Notes under the pieces: model-generated
Databases searched by the model: none
The model's input: the letters and a program-made list of their open reading frames with translations, nothing else
Told to the model about the DNA's origin: nothing
From: Hyphomonas sp.
GTDB lineage: Bacteria; Pseudomonadota; Alphaproteobacteria; Caulobacterales; Hyphomonadaceae
NCBI RefSeq assembly: GCF_018402285.1
Contig: NZ_JAGYJH010000001.1
Coordinates: 83,589-147,588 of the forward strand
Length of the DNA stretch: 64,000 nucleotides
Reading direction: 5' to 3'
Made by a program: the position numbers and the translations under genes
Shown here: positions 16,524 to 24,781 of the stretch, in pieces
Numbering within the stretch: position 1 is the stretch's first letter
How the letters are laid out: every line of letters starts with the position of its first letter

Positions 16524-18005
16524 ATGATAATGACACCAACAGATATTGGAATCACCATACGCGCCGCACGAAAGGCGCAAGGCCTGCGGCAGGACGAACT
16601 TGCGGCTGCGGCCAATGTCGGCGTGCGTTTTCTGATCGAGCTCGAAGCCGGCAAGGAAACCGCCCAGCTCGGCAAGACGCTGGCCGTTCTGTCTGCGCTC
16701 GGTATCGACGTGGCGCTATCCACCCCTGACGAGGCGCGGCGCATGACGCGGCGGCTGATCGTCTGGTGGAACGGCGCGCGTGTTGGTCAGCTCGCCCTGA
16801 ACGAATACGGCGAACCTGAGTTCACCTATGCAGCCGACTGGCTCGCAACCTCGAACGCGAGGCCGGTTTCAGCGTCCTTGCCGCTGCAGCCCGAACCCTT
16901 CGACCGGAGGGCAACACTGCCCTTTTTCGAGGGTCTTCTGCCGGAGGCGGCCCAGCGCACTGCGATTGCGCAGGCGCTTGGCATTTCTGAACGAAATGAG
17001 TTCCGACTCCTGGAAGAAATTGGCGGCGAGGTCGCCGGGGCGATCGAAGTCTGGCCGGAGGATATGGAACCTGCTGTAGCAGGGTCGCCAGAGGCATCCC
17101 GAATTCTGAGCGATGACGAACTGGTCGCGCTGATCGACCGGTTGCCAACGCGCCCCATGCTGGCGGGCGGCGAAGACCGCTTGCGGCTTTCGCTCGCTGG
17201 CGCCCAGTCGAAACTGCCTGTGATCTGCAAGGATGGCCAGATCGCGCTGCCCGCACCAGGGCAGCCAACAACCCATATCCTGAAGCCCGAGATCGCCCGG
17301 TTCGAGGGCACTGCCGAGAACGAGGCCTTCTGCATGCGGCTCGCCTGCGCCATCGGGCTTGACGTTGCTCACGTCCAGTATCGCAGCATCAGCGACAAAC
17401 GGTTCCTGCTGATCGAACGCTATGACCGGCAGACCGGCGAAGACGGGAAGACGATGCGTCTTCATCAGGAGGATTTCTGCCAGGCGCTTGGTTTCACGTC
17501 AGCGCGCAAATATGCAAGCGATGGCGGGCCGGTTTTCCGGGACTGTTTTGCCCTTATCCGGCGGGTAACGACGCGACCCGCAGCCGAAACGCTGAAGCTG
17601 CTGGATGCGGCCCTGTTCAACGCCATCATCGGCAATGCCGACGCCCATGCGAAGAATTTCAGCCTGCTCTATCTGCCGGACCGCACGCAGCTCGCACCGC
17701 TCTATGATCTTCTCTCCACCGTTGCCTATCCGGACCTCAGTCAACGCTTCGCCATGAAGATCGGCGGACGCCGGACGCTGGAGGAGATTTACCCCGCCGA
17801 TCTCGACAAGTTTGCAAGGGACATCGAGATCCGCGCACCGTTCGTTCGCAGACGGATGGGGGAGATTGCAGAGGCCGTTATCGAGCAATCGGATGGTGTT
17901 GCGGCCGCGCTTGTGTTGGCGAGTGATCGGCGACAGCTGCTCAATGAGATATGCGATACCGTTGCCGGGCGAGCGAAGTTACTACTGGATCGGCTCAAGT
18001 CCTGA
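16524..18005 (+). CDS. hipA: HipB (HTH) read in frame into HipA kinase toxin; internal HipA start at 16743
   Basis: First ~73 aa are an XRE HTH (GLRQDELAAAANVGVRFLIELEAGK); then HipA N-domain SASLP..FFEGLLPE, SLAGAQSK, HILKP, HQEDFCQALG, GNADAHAKNFS, LAPLYD. Confidence 0.9.
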   Translation: MIMTPTDIGITIRAARKAQGLRQDELAAAANVGVRFLIELEAGKETAQLGKTLAVLSALGIDVALSTPDEARRMTRRLIVWWNGARVGQLALNEYGEPEFTYAADWLATSNARPVSASLPLQPEPFDRRATLPFFEGLLPEAAQRTAIAQALGISERNEFRLLEEIGGEVAGAIEVWPEDMEPAVAGSPEASRILSDDELVALIDRLPTRPMLAGGEDRLRLSLAGAQSKLPVICKDGQIALPAPGQPTTHILKPEIARFEGTAENEAFCMRLACAIGLDVAHVQYRSISDKRFLLIERYDRQTGEDGKTMRLHQEDFCQALGFTSARKYASDGGPVFRDCFALIRRVTTRPAAETLKLLDAALFNAIIGNADAHAKNFSLLYLPDRTQLAPLYDLLSTVAYPDLSQRFAMKIGGRRTLEEIYPADLDKFARDIEIRAPFVRRRMGEIAEAVIEQSDGVAAALVLASDRRQLLNEICDTVAGRAKLLLDRLKS

Positions 18006-18130
18006 TGGATACCCAGTCACCGTTACGCAATACCGAAACCGGTTCGCCCAATATCAGGATGGCGCTACTCTCCAACTGCGCGATCGCGCTGCTTGAGCAT
18101 GCCGACAAGAGCGGCGGTCTTGGACTGACG
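18005..18130 (+). pseudogene. 5' fragment of a gene coupled to hipA, cut by the IS remnant
   Basis: TGATG overlap with the hipA stop; reads MDTQSPLRNTETGSPNIRMALLSNCAIALLEHADKSGGLGLT and then runs into IS-like sequence. Confidence 0.4.
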
Positions 18131-18276
18131 CTTGATTGCCTGCACATGCTTCTCGGCCGAAGACTCTTTCGGCCCGGATTTCTGTCTCATCTTCACTCCT
18201 CGTATCAGTTACGATGAGCCAGAAATCCTCCTTAAGCAATTTAGCCGAACTGTCTCATGGTCGCTGACGGGGAACA
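18122..18276 (-). mobile_element. IS3-family-like left end and truncated transposase N-terminus
   Basis: Minus strand starts TGTTCCCCGTCAGCG...GGAGGATTTCTGGCTCATCGTA, RBS GAGGAG, ATG at 18190 gives MRQKSGPKESSAEKHVQAIKRQ and then breaks. Confidence 0.65.
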
Positions 18277-18326
18277 GCCATTTTTTAAGCCTTTCTGCAA
18301 GTGTTTGCAAAAGGCATTCTAGCCCT

Positions 18327-18381
18327 CTTAAAATCCCTAGGCCCAACGGCCGTGCCGGTTCGAATCCGGCCGCCGGCACCA
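18327..18381 (+). pseudogene. trnL: Host tRNA-Leu(UAA), 3' half (attR-like)
   Basis: CTTAAAA-TCCCT, variable arm GGCC-CAAC-GGCC, T arm GCCGG-TTCGAAT-CCGGC, CGCCGGC-ACCA complementary to 14673-14679. Confidence 0.92.
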
Positions 18382-18532
18382 GTTTCACTCTGATCGGGTA
18401 TCGCCGCGCCTACATGCGTCACGCTCAAGGCTGGTTGCGCCGCAGTTTCGGGGGGAGTGCCCCCGTTGCGCCATTTGCCCTTCTGCGAAAAATCGTTAGC
18501 TTTCCCGGCAAGAAGATCGCGGGGAAACGCAC

Positions 18533-19978
18533 ATGACGACTGGAGACCGGCAAGCCGCCGCGTTGCGGCCAGGCATTGCCGCGCAGCTCGGCCTGTTCAT
18601 CGGTCCGGCGCTGGCCATCCTGATCGCCCTCCTGCCCCCGCCCGAAGGTCTGGAGCGAGGCGGTATGCTGGTGGCCGCTGTGCTCGTTCTCATGGCGGTC
18701 TGGTGGGCCACCGAGGCCGTGCCAATTGCGGTGACCTCCCTGCTGCCTCTCGGCCTTCTCCCCCTCACCGGTGTCGCCAGCCTGAGGGACATCGCCGCCC
18801 CTTATGCCGATCAGGTTGTCCTGCTCCTTCTGGGCGGGTTCATCATGGCGATCGGCATCGAGAAATGGCACCTCCACCGGCGCATCGCCCTCAACGTCCT
18901 TCTCTTGTCGGGCGCCCGCCTGAAACTGCTCGCGGGCGGCTTCATGCTCGCCACGGCCCTTCTGTCGATGTGGATTTCCAATACGGCCACCAGCCTGATG
19001 ATGGCGCCAATTGCCCTCTCCGTCGCGGTGGCCGCCGGCGGTGGCCCGCGCCTTGCCGGCGCGCTTCTGCTGGGAATTGCCTATTCCGCCTCCATCGGCG
19101 GCCTCGCCACCCCGGTCGGCACACCCACCAACCTGATCGCCATAGGCTGGCTCAGCGAAAATGCCGGGATCGACATCAGCTTCCGGGAATGGATGAGTTT
19201 GGGCCTGCCGGTTGCCCTCATCATGCTGCCATTGGCCTGGCTGATCCTGACCTGGGGCCTCAGGTCCGACGCCGCCGCCGCCAGGGCCGCCGAAGCCACG
19301 ATCCGCAACCAGCGCAACGCACTCGGCCGAATGACCACTCCTGAAACCCGCGTCGCCATCGTCTTCGGCGTCGTGGCCCTTGCCTGGATCACGCGCGAGC
19401 AGCTGGTCCAGATACCTCTCCTCGCCGGTCTCACCGACATGGGCATCGCCATTCTCGGCGCCATCCTGATGTTCCTTGTGCCCCATGGCAGCCATGCCCC
19501 TGAACACCAGCCCGGCGGCTGGGCGCTCCTTAACTGGGACGATGCCCGCGCTGTGCCATGGGATGTCGTCCTGCTGTTTGGCGGGGGCCTGTCTCTGGCT
19601 GCGGCTGTCCAGGCTTCGGGGCTCGCCGGATGGCTCGGCAACTCCCTGGCCGGCTTTGCCAATGTGCCGCCCATCATCCTCATCCTCATCGTCGTCGCGA
19701 TCATCATCTTCCTGACAGAAATCATGTCGAATGTGGCCGCCATGACGACGTTCCTGCCCGTTCTGGGCGCGCTGGCGATGGCAACCGGCGTGGACGTGCG
19801 CAGCCTCATCATCCCTTGCGCGATGGCCGCCTCCTGCGCCTTCATGCTGCCGATCGCGACCGGGCCGAATGCGGTTGTCTTCGGCATGCGGCAATTCTCG
19901 ATCGGGCGGATGATGCGGACCGGCTTCTGGCTCAACATCGCCTGCGTGATAATCGTGACCCTGTATTTCGGCCTCTGA
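18533..19978 (+). CDS. SLC13/DASS family di-/tricarboxylate transporter
   Basis: WWATEAVP, SMWISNTAT, TPVGTPTN, TEIMSNVA, FMLPIATGPNA. Confidence 0.9.
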   Translation: MTTGDRQAAALRPGIAAQLGLFIGPALAILIALLPPPEGLERGGMLVAAVLVLMAVWWATEAVPIAVTSLLPLGLLPLTGVASLRDIAAPYADQVVLLLLGGFIMAIGIEKWHLHRRIALNVLLLSGARLKLLAGGFMLATALLSMWISNTATSLMMAPIALSVAVAAGGGPRLAGALLLGIAYSASIGGLATPVGTPTNLIAIGWLSENAGIDISFREWMSLGLPVALIMLPLAWLILTWGLRSDAAAARAAEATIRNQRNALGRMTTPETRVAIVFGVVALAWITREQLVQIPLLAGLTDMGIAILGAILMFLVPHGSHAPEHQPGGWALLNWDDARAVPWDVVLLFGGGLSLAAAVQASGLAGWLGNSLAGFANVPPIILILIVVAIIIFLTEIMSNVAAMTTFLPVLGALAMATGVDVRSLIIPCAMAASCAFMLPIATGPNAVVFGMRQFSIGRMMRTGFWLNIACVIIVTLYFGL

Positions 19979-20100
19979 GGCCGGACCGCAGCGGCGCCAG
20001 CCGGGTTGTCACAAATATACAATCGACGCGTAGGTTTAAGATACCTGCGCCCCGCGAGCTGTCAGTATTGTGTCAGATTTGTTGGGTTAGACGCTGCCCG

Positions 20101-20766
20101 GTGAAACGTGCATCCTTTGCCCTTATTGCCCTGACCTGCGCCGCGGCCCCGGCCGCGATGGCGGAAAACCAGGTCTGGACATCGATCGACCTCACAGCGG
20201 GCCCTTCAGCAGACGGGCAGCTGGGACCCCGTCTGGAAATCAATTCCCGCTACGAACCGGATGGCGCACCCTCGCGCATCGAACTGCGTCCCGGCGTGAC
20301 CTACGCGCTGCGCCCTGGCGTCGAACTCGCAGGCGGCTACTACTGGGGCCACACAAACCAGTCCGGACCGGACCGGAATGAGCACCGCCTCTGGCAGCAG
20401 GCAAGCTATGACATCGCCCGGGGCGGGGGCTTTGAAGTGTCGGGCCGGACCCGCATGGAGCAACGCTACCGGGAGAGCTTTGACGACACCGGCGCGCGCA
20501 TCCGCCAGCGTGTGACAGTGTCCTACAAGGTTCCCGGAACGCCGTTCACCCTCTCGGCTGGGCCGGAAGTCTATTTTGAATTGTTCAAGACCGATTGGGG
20601 CGCCGAAACCGGCCTGAGCGAAGTGCGGACCAAGGCGAGGATTGACTGGGCCGTGTCAGAGACGCTCGAACTGAGCCTTGGCTATCTCAACCAGTTCCAA
20701 AACGAGCAGGATGGACCCGACGAAAGCGACCGTCATATCCTGATCGGCCTGTCCAAAGCCTTCTGA
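20101..20766 (+). CDS. DUF2490-like outer-membrane beta-barrel protein
   Basis: GTG start, signal peptide, EHRLWQQ, RTRMEQR, RIRQR, terminal Phe. Confidence 0.75.
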   Translation: MKRASFALIALTCAAAPAAMAENQVWTSIDLTAGPSADGQLGPRLEINSRYEPDGAPSRIELRPGVTYALRPGVELAGGYYWGHTNQSGPDRNEHRLWQQASYDIARGGGFEVSGRTRMEQRYRESFDDTGARIRQRVTVSYKVPGTPFTLSAGPEVYFELFKTDWGAETGLSEVRTKARIDWAVSETLELSLGYLNQFQNEQDGPDESDRHILIGLSKAF

Positions 20767-20777
20767 TCTGTCCCAAC

Positions 20778-20810
20778 GAAAAGCGCGCCTCCCGTCAGGA
20801 AGGCGCGCTT
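20778..20810 (-). terminator. Rho-independent terminator
   Basis: AAGCGCGCCT...AGGCGCGCTT stem between convergent genes. Confidence 0.65.
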
Positions 20811-20863
20811 AAAAATCTGGTCATCTGCGCAGGCGAGCCAGAGGCGTCTGCCTGCGGGAAAGA

Positions 20864-21073
20864 TTAGGCCAGCTCGATGGCGCTGACCGCCGACTTGCCG
20901 GAACGCTTGTCGATGGCGGTGTCGTACGACACTTTCTGACCTTCGTTCAGGTGGGCGATACCCGAACGCTCGAGCGTCGAGATGTGCACGAATACGTCAT
21001 TTCCGCCGTCGTTGGGCGAAATGAAGCCGAAGCCCTTCTGGCTGTTGAAGAACTTCACGATACCATTTGTCAT
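20864..21073 (-). CDS. cspA: Cold-shock protein
   Basis: [22 protein letters not shown]; 69 aa. Confidence 0.95.
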   Translation of the reverse strand: MTNGIVKFFNSQKGFGFISPNDGGNDVFVHISTLERSGIAHLNEGQKVSYDTAIDKRSGKSAVSAIELA

Positions 21074-21247
21074 TTATATAAGTCTCATAGTCATTGGTGG
21101 ACTGACAATGCGTCAGCCCTTGCATATCGAATTTTGGAGAGTTTCTGAAACCGCAACTCACCTTGGTGAGCGCACGCGCCTGATCGTCCGGCCAATGTCG
21201 ATGGCAGGCATATGCGCTATCCACAGGCAGAATGCAAGTTTAATTTA

Positions 21248-21280
21248 CTGTCAGGCTCCGGACGCTCCGGAGCCTGACAG
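21248..21280. terminator. Perfect 15-bp hairpin downstream of thiolase
   Basis: CTGTCAGGCTCCGGA-CGC-TCCGGAGCCTGACAG; no clear U tract. Confidence 0.5.
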
Positions 21281-21285
21281 GTTTC

Positions 21286-22497
21286 TCAGTTAACGCGCTC
21301 GAACACCGCCGCGAGTCCCTGCCCGCCGCCAATACACATGGTTTCAAGGCCATAGCGCGCCCCGCGCCGGTCCATCTCGCGCAGCATCGTGGCCAGGATC
21401 CGCCCGCCTGTCGCGCCGACCGGGTGGCCAAGAGAAATGCCGGAGCCGTGTACATTGAGGCGCGCATAGTCCTCTTTGGAGAAGCCCATCGCCTTGGTGC
21501 AGGCAAGCACCTGCGCAGCAAACGCCTCATTCAGCTCGATCAGATCGATGTCTTTCAGGCTGAGACCGGCCCGCTTCAACGCTTTTTCCGTAGACGGAAC
21601 AGGGCCAATCCCCATCACCGCCGGGCCGACGCCCGCCACAGCCCAGGAGACAAGCCGGGCGAGGGGTTTGAGGCCGTTGGCCTCTGCCAGTTCGCGGGTC
21701 ATCACCAGACAGGCCGATCCGCCATCATTCTGGCCGCTGGCATTGCCGGCAGTCACGGTGGCTTCTGCGTCCTGCTTCAGGCGGATGGCCTTGAGCTTGG
21801 AGAGCACGTCCACCGTGGAGTCGCCGCGCGGATGCTCGTCGCTGTCGACAACCGTGTCGCCCTTTCGGCCTTTGACCGTGAACGGAATGATCTCTTCTGC
21901 AAACACGCCGGCCTTCTGCGCGGCCACAGCCTTGGCATGGGAGGCGGCGGCAAACTCGTCCTGCGCCTCGCGGGTGATCTGGTAATCGCGGCGCAGGTTT
22001 TCCGCCGTCTCCAGCATGCCGCCGGGCACGGGGAAGTTCTTCCCGCCCGCGGTAAGACGGCCATTAACAAGGCCGTCATGCACGGTCATGTTGCCCTGGC
22101 CGAGGCCCCAGCGCCAGTTGGTGGAATAGAACGGCGCGTTGCTCATCGATTCTGCGCCCCCTGCGATCACGCAATCCATCGCGCCGGTGGCCACCTGCAT
22201 CGTGGCGTTGATGATCGCCTGAAGCCCCGAGCCGCAGCGCCGGTCGATCTGCATGCCGGTGACGTCCACCGGCAGACCGGCGTCCAGCGCCACAACGCGG
22301 CCGAGCGCAGGCGCGTCCATCGACGGATAGCACTGGGCAAAGATCACATCATCGACCTTGTCCCTGGCCAGGCCCGTCCGCGCCATCAGGCCCTCGACCA
22401 CAGCCGCGCCCAGTTCATGCGCGTGCACGCTCTTGAACGAGCCGCCAAAACCGCCCACCGCCGTCCGTACCGGCTCGACAATCACCACATCGCGCAT
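21286..22497 (-). CDS. Acetyl-CoA C-acyltransferase (thiolase)
   Basis: RRCGSGL, NEAFA, GHPVGATG, CIGGGQG. Confidence 0.95.
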   Translation of the reverse strand: MRDVVIVEPVRTAVGGFGGSFKSVHAHELGAAVVEGLMARTGLARDKVDDVIFAQCYPSMDAPALGRVVALDAGLPVDVTGMQIDRRCGSGLQAIINATMQVATGAMDCVIAGGAESMSNAPFYSTNWRWGLGQGNMTVHDGLVNGRLTAGGKNFPVPGGMLETAENLRRDYQITREAQDEFAAASHAKAVAAQKAGVFAEEIIPFTVKGRKGDTVVDSDEHPRGDSTVDVLSKLKAIRLKQDAEATVTAGNASGQNDGGSACLVMTRELAEANGLKPLARLVSWAVAGVGPAVMGIGPVPSTEKALKRAGLSLKDIDLIELNEAFAAQVLACTKAMGFSKEDYARLNVHGSGISLGHPVGATGGRILATMLREMDRRGARYGLETMCIGGGQGLAAVFERVN

Positions 22498-22580
22498 TCA
22501 TTCCTCCCGGGACTTCTCTGAAATCTGGCCTCTGTTAAACCCGCCCTTTGCGACAACGCAACCCGGACGGGCTTGAGTTG

Positions 22581-23363
22581 TCAGCCCTGCTGGTCCCGGC
22601 CCCGCGCGGTGACCTGCTTGCGGGCTTCTTCCACGGCCGACGCTGAAACCGACCTGGAATGCTCGATCGATCGGGTCACTTCTTCCTTCATCGAGGCGGC
22701 GAAATTCATGCCGAAGCCGTCATCGATCAGGGCCTTGTACTTGCGCAGGAGATCCGGGTTGGTGGACGTCATCTCGGCCGCCATCTGCAGCGCAGCGGGA
22801 ACAAGCTCAGCAGCCGGGTAAACGCGGTTGACGAGGCCCCATTTTTCCGACGTGTGCGCGTCGATGAAATTGCCCGTGAAGGAGAGTTCCTTGGCTCGGC
22901 TTATGCCGATCAGGCGGGAGAGTTTCTGCGAGAGCCCCCAGCCTGGCACGATGCCGACGCGCGCATGGGTGTCGGCAAAGCGTGTATGCTCGGAGGCGAG
23001 CAGCACGTCGCACATCAGGGCAAGCTCAAAGCCGCCGGTGATGGCAAAGCCGTTGATCGCGCCGATGATCGGCCAGGGATAGGCTTCAAGGGCTGCGAGC
23101 ATGTTGATCGATTTGGAATCCTCGTCCGCGCCGAGGGCAAAGCCGGTCTGGCCCGCTTCCTTAAGGTCGATGCCAGCGGTGAACGCCCGGCCCGCGCCGG
23201 TCAGCACGACAGCGCGGATTTCCGGGTCGTCCTTCAGCTCGGTGAACACGCGCACGATCTCGGCGCGCAGGGCACGGTTGAGCGCATTGAGGGCGTCGGG
23301 GCGATTAAGCGTGACGAGGCAGACGGCGCCGTGGCGTTCGGTCAGGACGATGGGCTGGGACAT
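22581..23363 (-). CDS. Enoyl-CoA hydratase/isomerase
   Basis: LNRPDALNAL, AFTAGIDL, GGFELALMCD. Confidence 0.9.
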   Translation of the reverse strand: MSQPIVLTERHGAVCLVTLNRPDALNALNRALRAEIVRVFTELKDDPEIRAVVLTGAGRAFTAGIDLKEAGQTGFALGADEDSKSINMLAALEAYPWPIIGAINGFAITGGFELALMCDVLLASEHTRFADTHARVGIVPGWGLSQKLSRLIGISRAKELSFTGNFIDAHTSEKWGLVNRVYPAAELVPAALQMAAEMTSTNPDLLRKYKALIDDGFGMNFAASMKEEVTRSIEHSRSVSASAVEEARKQVTARGRDQQG

Positions 23364-23442
23364 GGGGCGTTCCTCCGGATATAGTCGCAAGAGGTGTTAG
23401 GACGGGCGGCAGGGCCCGCCAAGCCTGACGCGGCGTCCGCCC

Positions 23443-23928
23443 TTACCCTTTGCGGCGGGTTACCAGCCGGAAGACGCCGATCAGCGCGGCCAGGACAGCG
23501 ATCGCCGCTGCCAGCCAGAACAGGCCGAACTTGACCGGGGTGATCCACACCTTGGCATCGAGCGCGTCCGCCACGCCCGACAGGGCGAGGGCCTGGACCG
23601 TGTTCTCGGTGAGATCAAGGATCAGGACGGCAAAGGCCGGCACAGAAGCGATCTTCCCCCACTTGCCGAAGAAGCGCAGCGCCATGCCCGCAAACAGGAG
23701 GCCGAAGCTCAGCGGGAACAGCGTGTCGATGATCAGGGTCACCCAGAAATGTGCGGTCTTCTGATCAGCTGTCAGCCCCTCAAACAGGGCGCGGACTTCG
23801 ACGGGCTCGGACACAAGGTCGAGATAGGCCCCGCCGACAGAAGGGGCGAAAATCTCGAAGCCGGCGGCTGCAATGATCATCAGAGCAAAGAGCGCCCACA
23901 GGACCGGCGCGCGTGTCAGGAATTGCAT
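23443..23928 (-). CDS. Hypothetical four-TM membrane protein
   Basis: Hydrophobic segments, DTLFP and DLTEN motifs, GGAGGGG RBS. Confidence 0.65.
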   Translation of the reverse strand: MQFLTRAPVLWALFALMIIAAAGFEIFAPSVGGAYLDLVSEPVEVRALFEGLTADQKTAHFWVTLIIDTLFPLSFGLLFAGMALRFFGKWGKIASVPAFAVLILDLTENTVQALALSGVADALDAKVWITPVKFGLFWLAAAIAVLAALIGVFRLVTRRKG

Positions 23929-24022
23929 ATTGTCCCCTCCCCCGGGAGTTTCGCTGGCATTTTATAGCGCGGGGTTGGCGCAATGGTTGAAGTTTTTTGT
24001 CCCCTTATCGACGCTTTTCCGG

Positions 24023-24781
24023 TCAGGCCGGATCGAGCACAGGCTCCACGCCCAGGCTGCGCATCAGAGCCTCCAGCTCGCCCTGAACGGTCGTCAGCAG
24101 GGCAGTATCGCTCGCGCGGGCAACCAGCGCGACGCCATTGTCGCCCATGCCCAGATACCAGGGATAGGAACCGATGGAGACCCCGGGATAAGTCCTGGCA
24201 ATGTCTCCGAGCCGTTCGGCAAGGTCACCCTCGCGCAGGCCCGCCCCGCGCAGCTGGACCTTGTGAACCCGCTCGCCGCCTTCCAGGCGCGGGCCGATGT
24301 CTTCGAGCATCGCGCGGGCAATCTGGGGCACGCCGGCCAGCGTGAACACGTTCTCCATCTGGAAGCCCGGCGCGCCAGAGACCGGGTTTTTCACGATCCT
24401 TCCCCCATGCGGAATGCGGGCCATACGGCGGCGGGCCGGGGTGAATTCGGTGTTCATGGCCCTGTAGCGTTCCGCCATCTCCGCCATCACCTCGGGGTGT
24501 TCCGAAATGCCGGTATTGAAGGCTGCCGCAATAGCGTCGGCCGTGATGTCGTCATGCGTCGGACCGATGCCGCCCGTGGTGAAGACGTAGGTGTACTTCG
24601 CCCGCAGCGCATTGACCGCCGCCACGATCTCCTCCTGCACGTCCGGCACCGTCCGGCACTCGAGAACCGGTATGCCGATCGGCTCCAGATACTGCGCGAT
24701 CTGCTGGAGATTGATGTCACGGGTGCGCCCCGAGAGGAGTTCATCCCCGATCAGCAGGACAGCGGCGGTGGGCTGGGTCAT
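24023..24781 (-). CDS. CinA-like molybdopterin-binding protein
   Basis: IGDELLSG, TTGGIGPTHDDIT, LAGVP. Confidence 0.9.
   Translation of the reverse strand: MTQPTAAVLLIGDELLSGRTRDINLQQIAQYLEPIGIPVLECRTVPDVQEEIVAAVNALRAKYTYVFTTGGIGPTHDDITADAIAAAFNTGISEHPEVMAEMAERYRAMNTEFTPARRRMARIPHGGRIVKNPVSGAPGFQMENVFTLAGVPQIARAMLEDIGPRLEGGERVHKVQLRGAGLREGDLAERLGDIARTYPGVSIGSYPWYLGMGDNGVALVARASDTALLTTVQGELEALMRSLGVEPVLDPA

Larger units (their letters stand above)
14704..18335. mobile_element. Integrase-less genomic island in the tRNA-Leu(UAA) anticodon loop
   Basis: Flanked by direct repeat CTTAAAATC (14704-14712, 18327-18335); removing 3623 bp restores an 86-nt tRNA; carries a tRNA, TA genes and an IS remnant. 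Confidence 0.9.

Noticed and set aside
14673..18381. The whole 3.6 kb insert as a giant intron, or trans-splicing of the two host halves
   Set aside because: The host 3' half is preceded by T, not the terminal G needed for a group I 3' splice site, and the core is duplicated as in DNA integration. Joining the host 5' half to the island 3' exon gives mismatched acceptor and anticodon stems.
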